A stretch of DNA of 57,938 nt from Phoronis australis (lineage: Eukaryota; Animalia; Phoronida), in the NCBI GenBank assembly GCA_002633005.1, contig NMRA01000669.1, forward strand, positions 158,512-216,449, read 5' to 3'. Positions 51,506-57,938 of this stretch are shown in pieces (position 1 is the stretch's first letter; each line of letters begins with the position of its first letter). The translations under genes and the position numbers were made by a program. The notes under the pieces were generated by a model, which saw only the letters and a program-made list of their open reading frames with translations, was not told where the DNA came from and searched no databases.

Positions 51506-51777
51506 CAGTGGCGGATTTAGGGGCGGGGGGCAAGGGGGTCATGGCCCCTCTAAAATTCTACCAGATACCATTTGGGAGTTTTGATGCGAATTGCACATGC
51601 GCGCAACCCGGGACCGCTCGGGGGTGATTAGGCAATGCATACCCCTTTCTTTTTTTAGTCAACAGGTCCTCAAACCCAAAATTTGAGACCTCTGCATTTT
51701 AGGCTGGACGCACGCATCTGCCGAAATTCTGGTTATCCCCTGGCCCCGCCTAACTCAAAATCCTGAATCCGCCCCTG
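51506..51777. mobile_element. Non-autonomous hAT-like MITE
   Basis: TIRs CAGTGGCGGATTTAGG and CCTGAATCCGCCCCTG; flanks TTATT and CTATT. Confidence 0.75.
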
Positions 51778-51936
51778 CTATTAGTCAATCACAATGGCCA
51801 ACATAGCCTTGATCTGGTTTGGCAAGGAGGCAAGCAGGAGCTTGGTGATAACAGACTTGCTAAAATCAAGCCTCACTAACTCTAACACGGCCAACAATTG
51901 ATCATCAATTTTTTCAATACCTGTATAACCGAAAAC

Positions 51937-54900
51937 TTTTTTTTTGAAATGTATTTATTATCATTTACAAACAATTACAAAAACAAACAAAACAAATAAG
52001 TACACCATTCATTCACGCATGCACACCTCAGGAAGACCATTCTCATATCTCGTTTAAAGTAAATATCTTCTACATGAAGTTAACATGAACAATAAATTTT
52101 TCCCATTTTCCAGAGAAGCTGTCATGTACAAGGTTTTTATGTGCATTTAATTTTTCAGCATTATAGTATTCATAAGTTTTTGTAACGAACTTGAGAAAAT
52201 TAGGTATANTTAAATAGAAAATCATGCGTCTTGTAAAGTCCAAGATTAACAATATCGTAAGACAGACAGTTGGGAAGCTGAATGCCACACTTTTGAAGTA
52301 GCTTTCCGAATTCCTTCCAGAAATCTTGTACAAAGCTACATTCCCAAAAAAGGTGTGACAGCGTCTCTGGAGCTTTATTACAAAAGGAACATAGATCAGA
52401 ATCCCTAACACATATTTTGACTAAAAAGGTATTTGTTGCAATAATTCTATGTAGTATTCTAAATTGGAACCATCTAATATGGGGATCCTTTGTAATTTTG
52501 TAAGGTAAAGCATATATTTTCTACCAATCTAAACTATCTCCTAGCTCTACTTCCCATTGAGACTCTGACTTAGGTTTCTTAACGTTATTAAAGACTGAAC
52601 AAATATATCTACAAACCTTCAAATCTTTCCGTAAGTGAGTAATTGCTCAAGGCATGCAAGGAGAGTAGACATTAACACTTTTAAATTTACTTTGAAATAG
52701 ACTTTTTGAAACCTTCTTAGAACAGAAACAACACCATTATATTCTACAAAGTTGGTTTTCACGTCGAACCTATTTTTCATATTGTTTAGACTAACAAAAT
52801 CACCATCAGAGGTATACATATCTCTAATAAATCTTAAGCCTTTTACAAACCGAGGCTTATAAAAAACAACCGCGCCTCCGATCGCCAAGTTAATATTAAA
52901 CCACAAAGGTTGGTTCAAAAAGTCATCTTTGCAACAATTATTTTCTTGTAGAAAGATAACATACTTTCAAATACGTCGCGCCAGTAGGAATTACCAATTA
53001 GAGTTAACTTCGACTTAATAAAGTCATCTCCAAATGAAGCAAAATTCTTTAAGAACGGGTAGAGTGAGTACAGTAATTCACCACTTTTAAACGCAGGGCT
53101 TTCCAGATATCTACGGGCCTTAGCAAGTTTTAAAGCTTTGCTGAAAGTATGCATATTAACCATTTGAATTCCCCCTTGAGCAAGTCCTAAACAGGCCGTA
53201 GTTCGTTTAATTTTATCATTACGGGCCTGCCATACAAATCTAAAAAATGTCGTATTNAAGATATCTTCGGGCCATAGCGAGTTTTAAAGCTTTGCTGAAA
53301 GTATGCATATTAACCATTTGAATTCCCCCTTGATCAAGTCCTAAACAGGCCGTAGTTCGTTTAATTTTATCATTACGGGCCTGCCATACAAATCTAAAAA
53401 AAGTAGTATTCAATTCACCCAAGACTTTTACTGGTGGATTTGGTAAACTTGACAACAAAAAATTAAGTTTAGAAATAGCTAATGTTTTAATTACCGTTAC
53501 TCTACCAAACGGCGTTAAATTTCGTCGACTCCAACTTTTTAGTAAAGACTTGATCTCAGTTATTCTTGCAGTGAAGTTCTTATGCGTCATACTATCCAAT
53601 TGAGTGTCAAAATCCACCCCCAAAAATTTAAATGATTTTTTTGTCCAAGACAGACTTTCTTTTGTAGGAATCACGTCATCACTACCAGTTTTACTTCCAA
53701 ACCATATGGCTTTTGTTTTATCCACATTCACTTGGAGACCGGAGACACTAGCAAACAAATGTAGTACATTCAGTGTGGTAGTCAATGACAAATTCGACCC
53801 ATCCAACGTAATTGATGTGTCGTCCGCATATTGCGAAATCAAATATTCCTTATTCCCAGCAACTACACCAGCAATATTTTTATTATTCTTGATTAAGTAC
53901 GCCAAAATCTCCGCGCACAATATAAAAATGTAGGGAGACAATGGGTCACCTTGTCTGCAGCCACGTGAAATATTGAACCAAGAAGATGGGTGACCATTTA
54001 CGACAACACAGGACTTAATATTACTGTAAAAGACTTTCACCCACCTTCTGATCGACCAACCAAAATTAAGGAAAGATAAAGTTTTTTGAATAAAATTCCA
54101 CGACAATGAATCAAATGCTTTCTCAAAATCAATCAGCAAAAGCAATCCAGGTTTGTTAGCTGCCTGGGCATAAAACATTAAATCATATAGCACTCGGATA
54201 TTTTCGTTCATATTTCTTCCAGAAACGAAACCTGTCTGATCCCTACTGATTACTTTTCCCAAAACGGATTTTAACCGTTCAGCTACTGCCGAAGAAGCCA
54301 ATTTATATGTCACATTGAGCAAGGATATGGGTCTCCAGTTTTTCAAATAATGTTTACTTTTATCTGCTCCCTTAGGGATGCAGGTGATCACTCCCTCTTT
54401 CTGTGTTGAGGATAACTGGCCAACAGCAAAACCTGTATTAAGTGAGCGAACAACGAAATGTCCAATGTCAGCCCAAAAAAATTTCAAAAATTCCACTGAA
54501 AAACCATCAGAGCCTGGGCTTTTGTTGTTTTTCATTTTTTTCAAGCATTGTGTGACTTCTTCATATGTAAGAAGACCTTCTAATTTTTCTTTTTCTGTCT
54601 CATTCAGCTTGGAGACACAAACATTATCAAGAAGAGTTTTTAAAGAAGTATTGTTAGTCTGTCTATATTTGTATAGATTTTCATAAAAAGTTTTGGTTTC
54701 CTGAATAACCTCTTCTTCACTATTGGTTTTAGTATTGTCAGATTTCCACAAAAAAGGCATAAACTTACTTGTGTAATGCCTATTTTCCAAGTGAAGAAAA
54801 TATTTGGAAGGCTTTTCACCTTCTTCAATCCATCTTGCTCTCGACCTAGTCATAAGACCTCTTAACTTATTTTGCCTTAGCTCGGCAAGTAAATTATTTT

Positions 54901-55951
54901 TTTGTTCCAGTAGTTCCCTGTCAAGGTTTAGACTTCTTTCCAACAAGCTTATTTCTTTGATAAGTTGCTGTTCAACTCTATCACTTTTTCTTTTTAAGTA
55001 AGTGGCAAAGGAAATTGTTTTGCCGCGAATCTCCATCAACAACGTTTCAAGAAAAAGTTGATCATTTATAGACAATTGTAAATCTGAATTACTTGTACTA
55101 TCAACAGTCTGAATGTCGTCAGTCATATACTGTTGTTTAACTAATTTAATAGTATTCTTGACTGCAGCAATATACTCAGAGTTCTTTAGGAGAGAATTAT
55201 TAAACTTCCAAAATGATTTTCTCCTCCTGGAAACATCACTTTTAAAAAAAACCGTTACCATTGAATGATCGGAACGGTAACCGAATTCTATTATGGAGTC
55301 GTCAATATCAGCTAAAAGGTTTTCAGAAATTAGAAAAAAATCTAGTCTGGATCGTTTACTTCCAGCTCTCCAAGTATATTCTTTACTACTGGGGTTTAGT
55401 TCCCGCCACACATCAACAATAGACAATTCTGTACAAATCTCCATCAACTTAATCCGTGACTTCGGATTATTAACCTGTCGATAATTAATCGTGTCCTTAG
55501 ACTGATCGAGAGCAAGATTAAAATCGCCTGCCCAAATAACAGAGTAATTTCCTATATCTTGAATATCTTGTTTTATTCTTTCAAAAAATGACGGCGAGTC
55601 CCTATTCGGACAATACGTATTAATTAACGTAATTCTTGTCTCATTAATAGTAATATCCAAAATTAATTTATTACCATTGTAGTCTTGCCTAATGTTATGT
55701 AATTTATACTCAAAAGTGTTCTTAAAGAGGATCGCCACTCCACGGGAGTTTGAGGTATTTGAATTGAAAAAACATTCATATCCCCACATTGATCTAATAT
55801 TGTTTTCTTCTCTCTTAGTAAAGTGTGTGTCCTGTAGGCAATAGATGGAATATTGTTTTTCTCCTAAATAATTGAGTACATCTTTTCGTTTTTCATGGAG
55901 ACCCAGCCCTCTGCAGTTCAATGACGTTACTTTAAGTTCACCTGTCATCAT
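51937..55951 (-). mobile_element. L1/Tx1-clade LINE: ORF2, 3' UTR and poly(A); 5' boundary undetermined
   Basis: Endonuclease plus RT ORF; frameshifted C-terminal fragments including PLWFN and CSFC...ETLSHLFWEC; AATAAA at 51959-51954 and A9 tail at 51945-51937. Confidence 0.92.
53240..55951 (-). CDS. LINE ORF2 (APE-type endonuclease plus reverse transcriptase), open for about 900 aa
   Basis: SLNCRGL, GDFN, RLDFFL and SDH (endonuclease); KSPGSDG, NWRPISLLN, IDFEKAFD, RGCRQGDPLSP, QYADD and FLGV (RT). Ends at an N-junction duplication. Confidence 0.9.
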   Translation of the reverse strand: MMTGELKVTSLNCRGLGLHEKRKDVLNYLGEKQYSIYCLQDTHFTKREENNIRSMWGYECFFNSNTSNSRGVAILFKNTFEYKLHNIRQDYNGNKLILDITINETRITLINTYCPNRDSPSFFERIKQDIQDIGNYSVIWAGDFNLALDQSKDTINYRQVNNPKSRIKLMEICTELSIVDVWRELNPSSKEYTWRAGSKRSRLDFFLISENLLADIDDSIIEFGYRSDHSMVTVFFKSDVSRRRKSFWKFNNSLLKNSEYIAAVKNTIKLVKQQYMTDDIQTVDSTSNSDLQLSINDQLFLETLLMEIRGKTISFATYLKRKSDRVEQQLIKEISLLERSLNLDRELLEQKNNLLAELRQNKLRGLMTRSRARWIEEGEKPSKYFLHLENRHYTSKFMPFLWKSDNTKTNSEEEVIQETKTFYENLYKYRQTNNTSLKTLLDNVCVSKLNETEKEKLEGLLTYEEVTQCLKKMKNNKSPGSDGFSVEFLKFFWADIGHFVVRSLNTGFAVGQLSSTQKEGVITCIPKGADKSKHYLKNWRPISLLNVTYKLASSAVAERLKSVLGKVISRDQTGFVSGRNMNENIRVLYDLMFYAQAANKPGLLLLIDFEKAFDSLSWNFIQKTLSFLNFGWSIRRWVKVFYSNIKSCVVVNGHPSSWFNISRGCRQGDPLSPYIFILCAEILAYLIKNNKNIAGVVAGNKEYLISQYADDTSITLDGSNLSLTTTLNVLHLFASVSGLQVNVDKTKAIWFGSKTGSDDVIPTKESLSWTKKSFKFLGVDFDTQLDSMTHKNFTARITEIKSLLKSWSRRNLTPFGRVTVIKTLAISKLNFLLSSLPNPPVKVLGELNTTFFRFVWQARNDKIKRTTACLGLDQGGIQMVNMHTFSKALKLAMARRYLXYDIF

Positions 55952-57938
55952 TACAACGGTTATGCACATATATCAAATGACAATCAAATAATAATGGTAC
56001 AATCCTGACCCATTCACACCACATACAAACAAAACAAAACAAAAACAATACAAACACATCCACGAGCACATCATAGATTTCACAGAGTATAACATCGAGG
56101 TGAAATATGATGTAACATAGGATAGAAAAACTGATCCTCATGGCAAAGGTTATTCTCCCAGTATTTTCATAATGAGACTATAATAAAAGCATTTAGAAGC
56201 ATTGCTCACACGGTCTCATACAAAAAACAAGTAGAACGAAATTTAAGGATAACTACATTTCAGTAAAGTGATTTGGCTCTATAGTATGCGTTTGAGACTT
56301 GCCGGGACGCCCGTACAGAGCAAACAGAACACACACATAAACTAATAAGGTTGCCCGCACTCTGTGGCTACACGCAATACAAAGCCCTCTCCTAAATAGC
56401 CTCCCAGATAGATTGCCCAGCATGAAGCTATATGAAGCTTAGCCCAAAATAGAACAAAATAGAACACAGCTACAACAATAAGACTACGCGACACGGTTGT
56501 CACGAACTTTGACATAGCCTGAGTAGCAGGTATATGTTAGCTATGAAAACGATACGTTGGGCACAACGGCTAACGTGAAGAAAAAAAAATAGGCTAATCA
56601 TATACACAGTTATGGCTACCGGAAGTACGGGAAGTACGTTTGTACTGAGGTCTCTCAAACGGCAAAGTGAACAAAAAAGATTCTCCTAACAGAAACGAAA
56701 ACTCCAAGAAAAGTAGTTAACGAGACACTGAAAAGACAGGAACTACCAAAATTTAGCGAATGCGCAATTCATAGCTGTGAACGGAGCTCTTGAATTTTAG
56801 TTAAAGTCCCACATTTTTACGCTGAGTGCGCGCATGTAAGATGTTCGCGTTAAAAGAACCCTGAAAGTGCAAGGCGGGACGGCAGATTCGTAAGGTGTTC
56901 GCAGTTAGACCTCGTATCTATTACGTACGATACTCGCGGAAAACCCCAAAGTACTCGCACAATGATACCAAGTTGATGATACCCAGCACAGTTAAAAGTC
57001 CTCGCAAAATGAGACTCGATGTGTACAAAGTTGCTCGCGTTAAAAACACCTTAAGAGTATTGAGCATTCGGGTTTTGAGACCAAAGTGCTTAATTGTAGG
57101 ACTCGTTGCGTACAGTAAGATTAAAAAAACAGAAAATCGCTGCACAAATAAAAAAAATCATGTTCGTTTGAAGTTTCGTCTATTCATAAGAAATCATCAG
57201 CATAATATATACAATAAGAATGAATGAACATGAACATTTTTATTTGTGCGGCGTGTGGCCAAAAATGATGTAGGGCAGTAAGGTGTTCACCTGAAGATTC
57301 AACTCAGTAGTAACGCACAATCTTAGTAAGGCGCACTCTTNCTTGAAAAGCTATCTCAGTTACAATTTAGATTTTAAAGACATGTATTCATGGTCGAAAC
57401 AAAGAATTACACTTCTCCAAGACAATCGATCGGCCAGTGTTTACGAATAAGTGTACTTCAGATTTTTCTCTTCTCCAAGATTGAAAACGCGCACTTTTAG
57501 TGGTTGAGAAAAACATAATTTAGGCCTACTTAATGAAACCATTGTAATTTATGAAGGATAACATACCTTAAAAAGGGTGTATTGACATTCAATCTTATTG
57601 CAGTTTACAAGCAAAATATGATTGGAGTTTGAAAATCAGACGTTACCTTTTTTTATTCCAAAAGCTTCGCTGAGAATTGTTTGATTGTGTTGTAGCGCAC
57701 TTACGGCTGAGCACAAACTCGGAAAACCCCCAGAATTACCTTAAGATCGAGTTAACGCAGTACCTTATGTTTAAGAGAGCAACACCACATGACTTAGCGC
57801 CCAAACGTGTCAGTCACAGTCCTTTTAGTTGTAGTATTCGTTTGTATTTTGACAAAAAAGAGAATCAATCTTCATATATGTTATTATTCTAAAAACATAA
57901 GTTATAGCAATGACATTCAATTCAACAAGGTGTTCGCT

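Noticed and set aside
56895-57227. 110-aa basic ORF as LINE ORF1
   Set aside because: Wrong strand, and no ORF1-type coiled coil, RRM or zinc knuckle.

Overview
AT-rich invertebrate (metazoan) genomic DNA with spliceosomal introns. Three host genes are present. (1) The 5' part of a CREBRF/REPTOR bZIP gene on the minus strand: four coding exons from 9615 down to 2553; the rest of the bZIP was not found and probably lies left of the window. (2) A complete 9-coding-exon DCLRE1A/SNM1A gene on the minus strand (30307 to 14482, 919 aa; all splice phases reconciled by hand). (3) The first coding exon of a GH20 hexosaminidase D-like gene on the plus strand (37369-37987), followed by an apparent intron of at least 20 kb full of mobile DNA. 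Mobile DNA: a decayed 5.1-kb ZMYM1-like hAT element and small relatives with apparent 5-bp TSDs; a HINE/Helentron-type element whose internal array carries about 11 co-oriented CTCF-like motifs; 49- and 58-bp hairpin elements with perfect 9-bp TSDs; a Harbinger-like MITE; CR1/L2 3' fragments; and an L1/Tx1 LINE. Several single-N junctions are assembly overlaps. I found no convincing wholly new biological system. The best leads are the transposon-borne CTCF-motif array, the minimal 9-bp-TSD hairpin elements, the 5-bp-TSD hAT family, a zinc-finger-less SNM1A with a candidate Cys-rich cassette exon, and stress-response elements in the CREBRF 5' region. Family assignments come from motif recognition, not database searches.
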